Below are positions 13,400-25,020 of a stretch of DNA of 64,000 nt, piece by piece. Position 1 is the stretch's first letter. The number at the start of each line of letters is the position of its first letter. The DNA is taken from the NCBI RefSeq assembly GCF_036321535.1, contig NC_087437.1:33420001-33484000 (forward strand), given 5' to 3'. Position numbers and translations under genes: made by a program. The notes below the pieces were generated by a model. The model ran no database searches and was not told the DNA's origin. It was given only the letters and a program-made list of their open reading frames with translations. The DNA comes from Camelus dromedarius (Eukaryota).

Positions 13400-14030
13400 T
13401 ACCCATTGTTGGTGAAGATCGGGCTCTTGCATGTCAATTATAGGGGGAAGAGTAACTTGGTACAGCCACTTTTAGATGGCAGTTTGTAATGTCATCAGCA
13501 TTTTAAGCGCACATCTCTTTTGACCTGTCAATTTTACTTCTAAGAATTTTCCTACAGATGTTCTCACATCATGAAGCAGAGACATGGTAGAGTCAGTCAT
13601 TGGTTGCAGGAGTGTTCGTGAATATTAAAAACCTACAAACAACTAAATATATATCCAGAGAAAAGTGCTTAAATAATTTATGGTATATCCGTGCAGTGGA
13701 ATACTGCAGAGGAGATTTTAAAGCTGTTAGAGCCATGCAAGCAGATATGAAAAACTGTACAAACATACTTTTAGAAGAAAATAAAAGCATCTTTCAGAGG
13801 AAACTCTGTAATATGAATGATACTGTTTGTGTTAAAAAATAGATTGATGTACATATACATCCATTTGCTTATTTAATCATTGAAAAAATTCAAGATATGT
13901 ATGAGTAATTGTGAGTAGTGTTTACCAATGAGAAGTGGAAACATGCGTTGAGTAGGCATTTTTACCTTCCACTTTTTGTATATTATTTCAATTGTTTAAC
14001 ATGGGCATGTATTGCTTTTACAATTTAAAA
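13400..14030 (+). mobile_element. Old L1 (L1ME-like) 3' fragment
   Basis: ggtacagccacttt..ttttacttctaagaattt..aataatttatggtatatccgtgcagtggaatact. Confidence 0.7.
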
Positions 14031-14559
14031 AATAGTCAGGAAAAATCTCTTCTTTCTCCTACAGCCAGATATTAGTTTTTTAAAAGATTAGTCCTTCATG
14101 CAAGCATAATCCTAAGCCTTGGTATATTTTTGAATTATTGAGCCAAGTATCACCCTAAGTTAAAACAGAACGTGTATCAACTCACTGCCAAAGCTCCAAT
14201 TTGCTTCCAGGGAGCAGAAACCAAAATTACTAAGGAGATTTCCTAACATCAAGTCACAGGAGAGCCTTAAGTCCTGTGGTAAAAATTCCTGTTATTTAAA
14301 AGTTCATGCACTTAGAGAGTAAACATTAAATCAAAGAGCATTAGATGGGAGAAGGGAACACGGAGTCAATAGCTTTTCCTCAGGACTTATTAAATTGAAT
14401 GCTAAACATGGGGAAACATTACACAAGGGATTTTTTTACATTAAGGTTTTTCTGTATTTCTAAAGCCCCTTACTCAGTCTTTTGCAAAATGCTGTATAAA
14501 AGTTACATTGCTTTTGGGTTTTGAGGGCAGAAGTAATTTACATGCAGGGGTTAATCAAG

Positions 14560-14700
14560 ATTCTTTGCTCGTGCTTACACATACATTGTCTCCTTTGATG
14601 CTCACAAATGAGGTATTTAGGACAAGTATTATAAAGCTCATTTTCTACATAAGGACCTGAGGTTTGGAGAGGTTAAGTGTTAATCGTAAGCCAGTCAGTG
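14560..14700 (-). mobile_element. MIR fragment
   Basis: ctcattttctacataaggacctgaggtttggagaggttaagtg. Confidence 0.65.
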
Positions 14701-14939
14701 TGGAGCTGAACATGCAGGGACCCTTGATTATGTCTTCATTGTCCTTGCTACCACCAGCCAAGGGCACAGCTGCGTAACAGAATCACTCCTATGGCTGTGA
14801 AGTTGGTTTGGTATTTTCATGGAGTCTGCTTTTCTGGTTTAGGTAGACCTAGGAATGGCCCATAGAACTTTCTCCCCATGGTGAATTACAAATATGCTCA
14901 TTTAAAGGGTTTAGAGACATCTAATGAAATCCAGATGGA

Positions 14940-15130
14940 TCCACACTTCCATTTTGACTCTACCCCTTACTAGCTACATACTAGCTGTTGTTCCCTCATC
15001 TGTAAAATAGGGATAATGGTAGCATTCATCTTCCAGTGCTGCTAATAAGAGTTTAAATAAAATTATGTATGAGAATGCTTGACAGAGTGCATGGGTCACA
15101 CATGAAACATAGCAAAGGGTCAATACATAT
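14940..15130 (+). mobile_element. MIR fragment
   Basis: ttccctcatctgtaaaatagggataat. Confidence 0.75.
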
Positions 15131-15317
15131 AACTACAATAATAATTATTAATAATATTATAAATAAGTCAGAGTCCAGTTCAGTGCAGCAGGCAGGGCTC
15201 TGACAGAGGCCAGAGCTTTTGTCCACTTGGAGGTGACTATAGGAGCTGCATCCCAGAGTTAGAAGGAACCAATCAGTTTTTCCTTCTAAAGGAAACTTCC
15301 TTGGAACCATGAAGAAC

Positions 15318-15460
15318 TAACTATATTCAATACCTTGTAGTAACCTATAATGAAAAAGAATATGAATATGAATAAATGTATGTATATGTATGACTGAAAC
15401 GTGCTGTACACCAGAAATTGACACAACATTGGAAACTAACTATACTACAGTTAAAAAAAA
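15318..15460 (+). mobile_element. Short 5'-truncated young L1 3' end
   Basis: gaaaaagaatatgaa..tgctgtacaccagaaattgacacaacatt followed by an A-tail. Confidence 0.85.
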
Positions 15461-15839
15461 GAGCTAAACATGAGCAGAAAAGTTGCCTAGAACTTCACTG
15501 AGCCTCAGTGCTCAAGCAGGCGCTTGCTCTAAAGAGATCACCCCTAGACTGAAACAGAGCCCATTGATTTTCCAGTTTATGATCCGAGTGAGATGAGATA
15601 GGTAAAAAGACCCAAATCATCCAGCACTTTTACAAAGGGACACTCACAGCGCTAAGAGAGCAACCCTAAGATCTTCTTGCCCTGGGAGTCTGTCTTTATT
15701 CTTTTAAATTTCAACTTCTTAAATCAGATTTTAGGAGAAATCCAAAAAGCCAGAGCTCAGAATGCATACAATGAATGGTGAAGGGATCTATTTGCTGTTT
15801 AGCTTAAAAGTATACTTTACTAATTCTTCGAGTTTTTAC

Positions 15840-16330
15840 AACTTATATGTCTTTACTATGCAATAAATTTATGCTTACTACAGAAAATATACAGAATTAA
15901 AACAAAAGGAAAAAAGTCCTTGGAAAGAAGCATTATTCATATTTCTTTTGGTATATAGTTATTGAGACTTTCATAAACAAATATATTTATTTTTATAAGA
16001 ACTGTAAAACACTACGCAAATAGTTTATGACCTTCCAGATCCCAGTACATTATGCATATCTTCCCATGTCAATAAGTGTTTTTTCTATACCTTCATTTTC
16101 AGTGGTTGCATAGTATTCCTTTGGATGGATTTTTTTCACAATTTAACTAACCTTCTAATGTTGAATGCTTAGGGATTTTTTTCCCTCCTGCAAGCAAAAT
16201 TTTCTTGAAAAGTTCTTGTAGAAATCTTTAATTCTTTCTTTAAAATAAATTTCTAGAAGTAGAATTTTTATGTCTAAGCACATTTTTAAGGCTTTTGGTA
16301 TCACATTGTCTTCCAGTTAAATTTTTACTT
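15840..16330 (-). mobile_element. Old L1 (L1ME-like) fragment
   Basis: ttcccatgtcaataag..ggttgcatagtattcc..taaatttctagaagtagaatt. Confidence 0.6.
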
Positions 16331-16794
16331 TTATCCTTACTATTAGTGCAAGAGTGCAGCTAGATCAATGACTATTTAAGTAAATATGACTTCTGTTCAT
16401 ATACTGTAAAAAGTGAATACCTTTACAGTAGCCTGTATTGCTATGTCAAGGATAAAGAGTACTTCTAGTTAATGCCAACTTCTAGTTGTGTTTTTATACT
16501 CCAAACACAATATATCCATTAGAGAGTGTGTTAATTGTATTTGGGAGATTGGTAATGATATCAGTAAAATGTGGTTCGCTTTTGAGAGAGTGTAACAGAA
16601 AATGCTGAAATAATTTGGCAAACTTACTACAAGCAGTCTTCCACTGGAGCCCATTAATTCCACCCACATGCCCTTTTCAAGGTATAAGAATAAAACAATC
16701 AAGGGCGTATAAACCCTTCCACTGTGGTTATCATCACATCAATCTTCTCTAGGGTTGAAAGTAACCCTCCCTGATCTTTTCTGTACCACACTAG

Positions 16795-16811
16795 GATTCG
16801 CAGTGGAAACG
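16795..16811 (+). other. Candidate 17-nt micro-exon (59 nt if the acceptor at 16752 is used)
   Basis: Branch-like ctgat, pyrimidine tract, actag| acceptor and strong donor ACG|gtaaga. Confidence 0.25.
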
Positions 16812-16959
16812 GTAAGATTGGAACCTTTTCAGTAGAAATTACTCGTGATGACACCAGCCTTGCTCTCAGAGTAATTCCTGCTGGAAAGAAAGCGTCTGAA
16901 TTAACGTTCTAATAAACTGAGTTAGTGTTTCAGCTTGGCAAAGGATTAATCAGGGGAAG

Positions 16960-17190
16960 AGAAACTAACATTTATTTGGCTTCTTTATTTGACAGGCCCT
17001 TTATTATTACATTATTGCAATTAATACTCCCTATAAATGTATGGGGTACGTATTACCGTGGGCATTTTACAATGAAGGAACTGAAATTCAGTCAAATAAA
17101 GTTTCTTGCCTAAGGCTGGTGAGCTGCTGAGAGGTGGGATTTTTAACCTGGGTTTCCTGCTTTGGGAGCCTGTGCTGTTTATACTGTCCT
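16960..17190 (-). mobile_element. MIR SINE
   Basis: cattttacaatgaaggaactga..ttgcctaagg. Confidence 0.75.
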
Positions 17191-17339
17191 TCTCACCAGT
17201 TACACAGCAGTCCCAACTGTTTCTCTTCTAGAATATTCGTTGTAAGCATGAATATACTTTTAGCCAACTAAACTGCAGTTTCTCTCTTAAAAAATCAATG
17301 TGTTAGGCAGACTTAGAGACTCAATTCACTTATAAATGC

Positions 17340-17790
17340 TATGTCAGTTAAGGTGCTTTTGTAGACCAATAGCAGAAGATCTGCACTCTTGCCTAACAAG
17401 GTATCCTGTGACAGTGGGGTTCTGGTTGTGTTCAGAGGCTCAGTCATTTCATTCGGGCCCAGGTTCTCTCCATCTTGCTGTTCTGCCATGTTCAGTGCTA
17501 GTTCATATTTGCCTTTTATGGTTGTGTGGTGACCTCAGAAGCTCAGAGCACATCTTCATAGAACGAGAACTAGAGACAGGACAATGGAATGGCTCCCTCT
17601 CCCACATCTCTTTTTTTTTTTTTTTAAGAGCAAGACAAACCACCCAGAAGATTGTCTCTTGTGCCTCATAGTCCAGAACTGTCTCGTAGGACCTTTACCA
17701 AACCAAACATTGACTTGGAACAGGCTTAGGGCAATCAAGATTCACCCCCAGACCTGGGGAGGGAGACCCTGAAACTGGAGCCAGGCTCGG
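17340..17790 (-). mobile_element. Old MaLR LTR (MLT1K/L-like)
   Basis: cccaggttctctccatcttgctgttctgccatg..ctcatagtccagaactg motifs. Confidence 0.55.
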
Positions 17791-18479
17791 TGGCAGGAAG
17801 AAGCAACTCAAAATGCTACCAACATTGCTTTTGAGAGATTTTGATATTTCTTTTCCTAAATAATTGAATTTATACTCTCAGTTCCTTTCAGTGGGAGAAG
17901 AGTATAGTATTGCTTCTCTGGAAAGTTTTATTTTTATATAACCATCATCTACAAATGAGCATGTCATTTTTTCAGTGTGGTCCACCAGGTCTTTCCCATT
18001 TCCATCACTTTTCTCTAATAAAATTATTTTTTTAAAATCCTTTACCCAAGTGTTCAGCTATTCTAATTCTTCTGTACTAGTCCTTCTAGAGCCAACTTCC
18101 TCTAACAGAGAAGAGATAGTAAAATTTTAATGGACATTGAAGATGGCTCCGATAGTACCTCTGTACTAGAGCTGGCACAATATTTTGCTTAAAAAAATCA
18201 GTGTTCTCTTACTGGGGAGCATTAAACAGAAGAAGCCTACATTTTCTATCATGAGTGAATACTCAGATTATCTCATTTCAGCAAGTTTTAAAAGCAAGTT
18301 CTTTCAGTATCATGCTTGTATTAGCACAGTTAAAACAAAAATTGAAGTGGAGGTATGTCCATCAGTTGCCAGAATAATTAGCTCAATAAAATAATTTGTT
18401 GACTTACGAGGGAAAATCAGTTAAATAATTTTTAAGTTGAATTGGCTTATTAATTAAATTGAAACAATCAATTCAGTTT

Positions 18480-19350
18480 GACAATGTTTATCAAGAACCT
18501 ACAATGAACTAATATAGAATAAGTAATATGTGCCATAGAAAGTCTTACAACCTGGAGGAGAAGAGGAGTACACAACCAATACAGAAAAAAGGGTCTCTAA
18601 TAAATTACTACATGAGATGTAGCAAAAGCATATGATAACTGTACTTAACAACAATAATAACCAGTGCACTGAACACTTATCATGACCTGGGGTATAATTT
18701 TATTATACTTTACAGGTATTAGCTCATTTAATTCTCACAACAATCTTACAAGATAAATTTTTTTGACTAGCCCCATTTTACAAATGAAAAAAAAAAACAG
18801 AGATAATAGGGAATGATAAAGAGAGTTTCATGGAGATGCAATTAATTTTGTCTAGGGAGGTGAGAAGCACATGTTTAAAGGGAAAAGATATGGAGAAATG
18901 GTGACCTTCCAAGTAGGGTTGAAGGAGGCCCAGATAAAAAGGCTTAGCAGTGGGAAAAAATGGTGTCTGCAAAAACATCTCTGAAAGATCTTTGCATGTC
19001 TGGTGTGGCTGAAGCATTGTGAGGTGGGAATAAGTGGAGGTGAAGACAAGGAAAACTGGCTGGGTTTTCTGGACCGTGTATGCAAAGATAATGAGCCAGG
19101 GCTCTGTCTGTGATTGGTCAACACCATGTAGAGTATTCAAGAAAAATAATGACATGATAAAATGTGGCTTGAAGATGATTCTGGGACAGAATGGAGAGAA
19201 ACAGATTAAGGTAAGAGGCTGGAGAGAGCTAGAGTGTACAAGATTATTGCAGTGATCCAGGACTGAGATAGTAAGTCCTCGACTAGGGGAGTAGGGGAGG
19301 AGACCCACAGGGCTTGGTAACTTCTCAGTGAATAGTGATATCATTGATCA
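18480..19350 (-). mobile_element. L2 fragment interrupted by a MIR half (about 18650-18800)
   Basis: Minus-strand ORF 18778-19344 contains SVLDHCNNL..SSLQPL, resembling the L2 ORF2 C-terminal LDYCNSLL motif; MIR core ctcatttaattctcacaacaatc..cccattttacaaatga. Confidence 0.75.
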
Positions 19351-19374
19351 AGATGTGAGAGAAATTGGACAGTC

Positions 19375-20745
19375 TTAAGCAAAAACATGAACCCTGACCA
19401 AAATACATAACTTATACAAAATTTGCCTTATAATGGATCATTGACTTGAATATAAAATGTAAGACTTACCAAAATTACAGGAAAAAAACAGGAGAAAATC
19501 TTTGATACCTAGGGCTAGGTGTAGAGTTCTTACACTTGACACTAAAAGCATGATTCTTTAAAAAAAATTTAGATCTTATCAACATCAAAATTTTGTTTTA
19601 TGGAAGACAAAACATCTTTTCATCAAGACTGAAAAGATCAGCTAAGGACTGGGAGAAAATATTTGCAAGCCACACATCTAAGAAAGAATTTATCTACAAT
19701 ACATAAAGAACTCTTAAAAATTCAAAATTCAACCATAAATAAACCAAACAGTCCAAGTGAAAAATGAGCAAAATACATAAATAGACATTTCATTGAAGGT
19801 GATATATAGTTGACAAATAAGCACATGAAAAGATATTTAACATTATTAGTAATGCAAATTAAAATGAGATATCATTACACACCTATCAGAATGGCTAAAA
19901 TAAAAAGTAAAGTAGTGACAGTATCAAATGCTGATGAAGATGCCAAGAAACTGGATCACTAGTACAGTTCTGGTGAGAATGTAATATGGTACAGCTATCA
20001 TGGAGTAAATATGGCAGTTCCTTACAAAACTAAACATGTGCTTACCATATAAAGCAACATTTGCATGGTTGGGCATTTCTCCCTGAAAATGAAAGCTATG
20101 CTCACACTAAAACCTTTACACAAATGTTCATAGCTTTATTCATAATAGTACAAAACTAGAAATAACCCAAATGTACTTCAGTGTGTGGCTGGTTTACAAA
20201 CCTGTGGTATGTCACATCATAGAATATTCAGTCGTAAAAAGAGAACTATTGACGTACTTGATGATTTTGAGTCATCTCTGGGGAATTAAGCTGAGTGAAA
20301 AAGTCAATATCAAAAGGTTGCATACTGTATGATCTCACATAGATAGCATTCTTGAAATGACCAAATTATAGAGATGGAGAACAGATTAGTGGTTGACAGG
20401 AGTTAGAGAGGGAAGAGGGAAGAAGGTGGTTGTAGCTATAAAAGGGTAGCATGAGGGATCCTTATGACAGACCTGTATGGTATTTTGATAGGGTGGCAGT
20501 TACTCAAACATATACCTGAGATAAAATTGCATAGAACTAAATACACACATATTTACACAGTACATTTGAATTTCATGAAATATAATTAAGGAAGATGGAT
20601 TGCACCAATATCAACTTCCCTGCTGTGAGATTTAGTTATGCAAGATGTTATCATTGGGAGAAAGTAGGTAAAGGTATACAAGATCTCTCTGTATTATTTC
20701 TTAAAACTGCATGTAAATCTACAATTACCTAAAAAAATAGTTTTT
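19375..20745 (+). mobile_element. Old L1 (L1MC/L1MD-like) ORF2 end and 3' UTR
   Basis: actgggagaaaatatttgcaa..aataagcacatgaaaagat..atgcaaattaaaatgagatatca; 3' UTR gatctctctgtattatttctta. Confidence 0.9.
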
Positions 20746-20750
20746 AAAAA

Positions 20751-20840
20751 ATGAGGAAACTAAGGCCTCCAAGAGTAAGTCATGTTGCCAGGGCCACACA
20801 GCTGGTAACCAGAGGAATGAGTCTGTGACTCCAGAGGTTA
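20751..20840 (-). mobile_element. MIR fragment
   Basis: atgaggaaactaaggc..ccagggccacacagctggtaa. Confidence 0.75.
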
Positions 20841-20877
20841 CCCTGCCTCCAGCAGTTGAGAAGAGCCCAGGGTAAAA

Positions 20878-21520
20878 GCAATCCCACTCCTGGGCATACA
20901 TCCAGAGGGAACCCTAATTCAAAAAGACACTTGCACCCCAGTGTTCAAAGCAGCACTATTTACAATAGCCAAGACATGGAAACAGCCTAAATGTCCTTCA
21001 ACAGATGACTGGATAAAGAAGATGTGGTATATTTATACAATGAAATACTATGCAGCCACAAAAATGACAACATAATGCCATTTGCAGCAACATGGATGTC
21101 CCTGGAGAATGTCATTCTAAGTGAAGTAAACCAGAAAGAGAAAGAAAAATACCATATGAGTTCGCTCATATGTGGAATCTAAAAAAAAAATAAAAAGACA
21201 AATGAACTTATATATATAAAACAGAAACAGCCTCACAGACATAGAATACAAACCTGTGGTTGCCAGGAGGGAGGGAGGTGGGAAGGGATAAACTGGAAGT
21301 TTGATATTTGAAGATACTGACTGGTGTATATAAAATAGATAAACAAGTCTATACTATATAACACAGGGAAATATATTCATTATCTTGTAGTAGCTCATGG
21401 TGAAAAAGAATATGAAAACGAATATATGTATATTTATGTATGACTGAAGTATTGTGCTATGCACTAGAAACTGACACAACATTGTAAACTGACTATAATT
21501 CAATTAAAAAAAAATAGTGG
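20878..21520 (+). mobile_element. Young 5'-truncated L1 (camelid-like)
   Basis: gcaatcccactcctgggcata..cagcactatttacaatagccaagacatgga..3' UTR..aaactgactataattcaattaaaaaaaaa. Confidence 0.95.
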
Positions 21521-22594
21521 AAAAAAAAGGCATAAGCAACATGATCATTGCAAGTCTTGCCAGGAAAATAAAAACTCACAAAAGTAACAGAAACAGTAAC
21601 TCCATTTTTACCCAGTTTCTATACCTTGAGCTTTAATGGGGTTTTATTCTAGTCCTGTTCCTTAGCTTTCAGATGCATGCTTGCAATGTGTAATCAAGGG
21701 AAAATGGAGACACTCCACGTGCATGAGGTTGTTGGATGGATGGATTGGTTCTTATAAGTATGTGGTCTGCAGAGCTTATCAGTAGAGCTGGTACTGGGTC
21801 TATTTACAGAGTCAGTGTTTAAGGACCAAGGGAGGGAATTAAGACTAGTGATCAGGAGACTTGGCTAGCTCTGAAATGTGGGAAGCATGCAGTGGGTGTG
21901 TCATAATGGAAGATCTGGGAGTATGAGAATGGAGTGAAGTGAAGGTCAGCTGTCAGAAAGCCAAGGTGCAAGTGGATGAAATGAGATTATTCTGGAGCTG
22001 AGTCCAGGGCTGAAGAGAGCTTGCAATGACCTTCCTTTTCACAAGGTCTGGGACAGCCAGGGCCCCAACCCTCCAAGAGACAGAGCTGAGCCTGACATAG
22101 CCCATTTGTCTGATTTAGTCTCCAGCTTCCATCTGTTATTTTTACTAAATAGGCCGATTGGAAGGAATTGATCAAATTGATCAGTTGTCTGGGTTCATGT
22201 GGGCATAACATAAAAGCCTCTCTAGCTTTTAGGGGAAAAGAATAAATATGTTTTTTTGTCTTTCTTGAGTATTCTGATTTTCCTAGTTGATTTGTATCAT
22301 AATTCCTACAAACATAGCTAAAAAATTAAATTCCTAAAGGATAGTGAAAAACATTAATGGAGGAACTTTAAAAATTATATTAATAATTAATATTGACACT
22401 TAGAAACCTTAATTTGAATTTTTGCTAGTACATTTCTGAGTACTTCAGCAATGTCCTCTTTATAGTTCATCAATTTATCAGTTTTGTTACTGTAACACTA
22501 ATTAAAAGGAACACTCCTGGGATAAATGGATGATTGCAGATGTAGGGTAGGGAAAATACAAGGTAAATATATAGTGCCAGAAATCTAGGCAGTT

Positions 22595-23890
22595 CTTTTT
22601 GATCTCAAGTGACATTGCAGAGCTATAGCAATCAAAACAGTATGGTAATGGCATAAAGACAGATACATAGATCAGTGAAACAAAATAGAGAGCCCTAAAA
22701 TAAACCCATGCATATAAGTTCAATTAATTTTCAATACAAGTGCTAAGGAAACACAATGGGAAAAGAATAGCCTCTTCAATAATTGGTGTTGGGAAAACAG
22801 GATATCCACATGTTATAGAATGAAATTGGACCCCTATCTTACACCATACAGAAAATCAACTCAAAATGGATTAGTCTTGAATGTAGGACCTGAAACCAGA
22901 AACTCCTAGAAGAAAACATAATAAGTAAGTTCTTTGACATCAGTCTTGACACCAAATACAAAGGCAACAGCAAAAATAAACAAGTAAGACAACATCAAAC
23001 TAAATAAATTCTGCACAGCAGGAAACAGTCAACAAAATGAAAAAAAAAACAAACCTGTAGACAGAGAAGATATTTGCAAACCATATCTCCAATAAGGGGT
23101 TTATAATCAAAATATATAAGGAACTCATACAACTCAATAGCAGAAAACCAAATAACCTGTTTTACAAATGGCAAAGGATCTAAATAGACATTTTTTCCAA
23201 AGAAGGCATGCAAATGGCCAATAAGTATATGGAAAGGTGCTGTACATCATTAATCACCAGGGAAATGAAAATCAAATCTGCAATGAGATATCACCTCACA
23301 CCTCTCAAGATGGCTGTTATCAAAAAGGCAAGAGATAATAAATGTTGGCGAGGAGGCAGAGAACAGGGAACCCCTGTGGACTGTTGGTGGGAGTGTAAAT
23401 TGGTATAGCCACTATGGAAAAGACTACAGAAGTTCTTCAAAAAATTAAAAATGCGACTACCGTATGATCCAGTAAATGCACTTCTGGGTATATATCCAAA
23501 GGAAATGAAATGAAGATCTTAAAGAGGTATCTGTATTCCCATGTTTACTGCAGCATTGTCCATAGATGAATGGATAAAGAAGATGGGAGAAGATATTTAC
23601 ATATATACAGACAGACAGACAGACACACACACACACACAATGGAATATTACTCAACCATGAGGGAGCTGGAAAATCTGCCATTTTTGACAACATGGAAGG
23701 ACTTTGAGGGCATTATGTGAAGTGAAATAAGTCAGAGAGAGACAAATACTCTATGGTATCACTTATGTGTGGAATCAAAAAAAAAAAAAAGTTGAACTCA
23801 GAAACTGATAGCAGAATAGTGGTTTCCAGGGTTTGGCAGGAGAGAGTAATGGGAATAAGTTGGTCCAAGGATACAAATTTGTCAATTATA
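22595..23890 (+). mobile_element. L1 (L1MA/MB-like) ORF2 3' remnant
   Basis: ORF 23208-23408 translates to L1 ORF2 C-terminus-like MKIKSAMRYHLTPLKMAVIKKARDNKCWRG..CWWECKLV; frameshifted. Confidence 0.92.
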
Positions 23891-23959
23891 CCACAGCACA
23901 CCTGGAAAAAAAAAAAGGCAGCTCTTAAAAACTCCAGAAGTCATTAAACACACACATGT

Positions 23960-25020
23960 ACACATACCAACATCCACACACAAGACAGCTTGAAGGGGCA
24001 CCCTTTGGCAAAATTTGGGACAATCTGAGCATCAAAAAAATAATAACACTAAAGGATTATAACTCATTAAATAAAAAATTTTAAAGCCCATGGATCCCCA
24101 GTGATACTAAAAGGAGGAAGGAGAGGTGAGGAAAACTATTCTTCACAGAAGAATGTCAACTAATTAATGCAGAAGAAATGATGGAGTTAAACAATCACTG
24201 TTTTGAAATTTCTAATAAATTAGACAAAGATCATCAATTGATGCTAAAATCATTTTGGAAGTAAAGGACATTCTTATAATCTTAAAGTATCACCCCTCAG
24301 ATGACTCAGATTATTACAAAGGGGAAAATGTGTCTGTGTGGTGGAGTGGCCCAGAGGACACCACCTTACCCAGTGTATCACCCCTGGCGTCGTCTGCTTC
24401 CTCATACGTACGAGGAATGCAACATCACCTACACAGTACTTTTTACAGAAATGTTAATTCAGAATGTAGTCCTAATGAAACAGACCTACAAATTCAGAAT
24501 CCATTTTGTAAGACAGGTGTCTGCTATCTTTATAAGAGTCAGTGTCGTGAAAAACAGACAAACGAAAGGCAGTGGGACGGTTCTAGCTGGAAAAAACTGA
24601 AGAGAACCACAGCGTCCTCATGCCTGGTTGGCTGCTAGATGATCTTCCCTACCACCCACCTTGAGCAAAGACTGTGAAAGACAGATTAGAGACAACAGGA
24701 CACATGTAAATGTGGACTGTATGAAAGACAGTACTGTTGAGTTAATGTGATTTGTTGCTGTAGTTGCTGTTGGGATACTTCACAGTCACCCGTCCGCACC
24801 CGCGGCTCCTGTCTCCTCAGATGCGGGGCCTTCAGTGCTCCATTTCATATAAGGGACTTGAGCATCAGCAGATTTTGGAATCCACTGGGGTCCTGGAACA
24901 AGGTCCCCCACAGATATGGAGGGATGACTGTACAGTGGTCACGTAAGGGATACCTTTATTCTTAGATACACAGTGAAGCATTTGGGGGTGAAGTGCCATG
25001 ATATCTACAACTTGACTTGA
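23960..25020 (+). mobile_element. Old L1 (L1MC4/5-like) 3' UTR
   Basis: aatttgggacaatctgagcatc..attattacaaaggggaaaatg..gaagcatttgggggtgaagtgccatgatatctacaact. Confidence 0.65.
24783..24930 (-). mobile_element. Internally deleted Tigger-derived MITE (MER2-like)
   Basis: TIR-like ends cagtcacccgtcc../..ggagggatgactg followed by TA; internal ataagggacttgagcatc..ggggtcctggaac. Confidence 0.8.

Noticed and set aside
18778..19344. 188-aa minus-strand ORF
   Set aside because: Lies in a decayed L2 and only echoes L2 ORF2 motifs.
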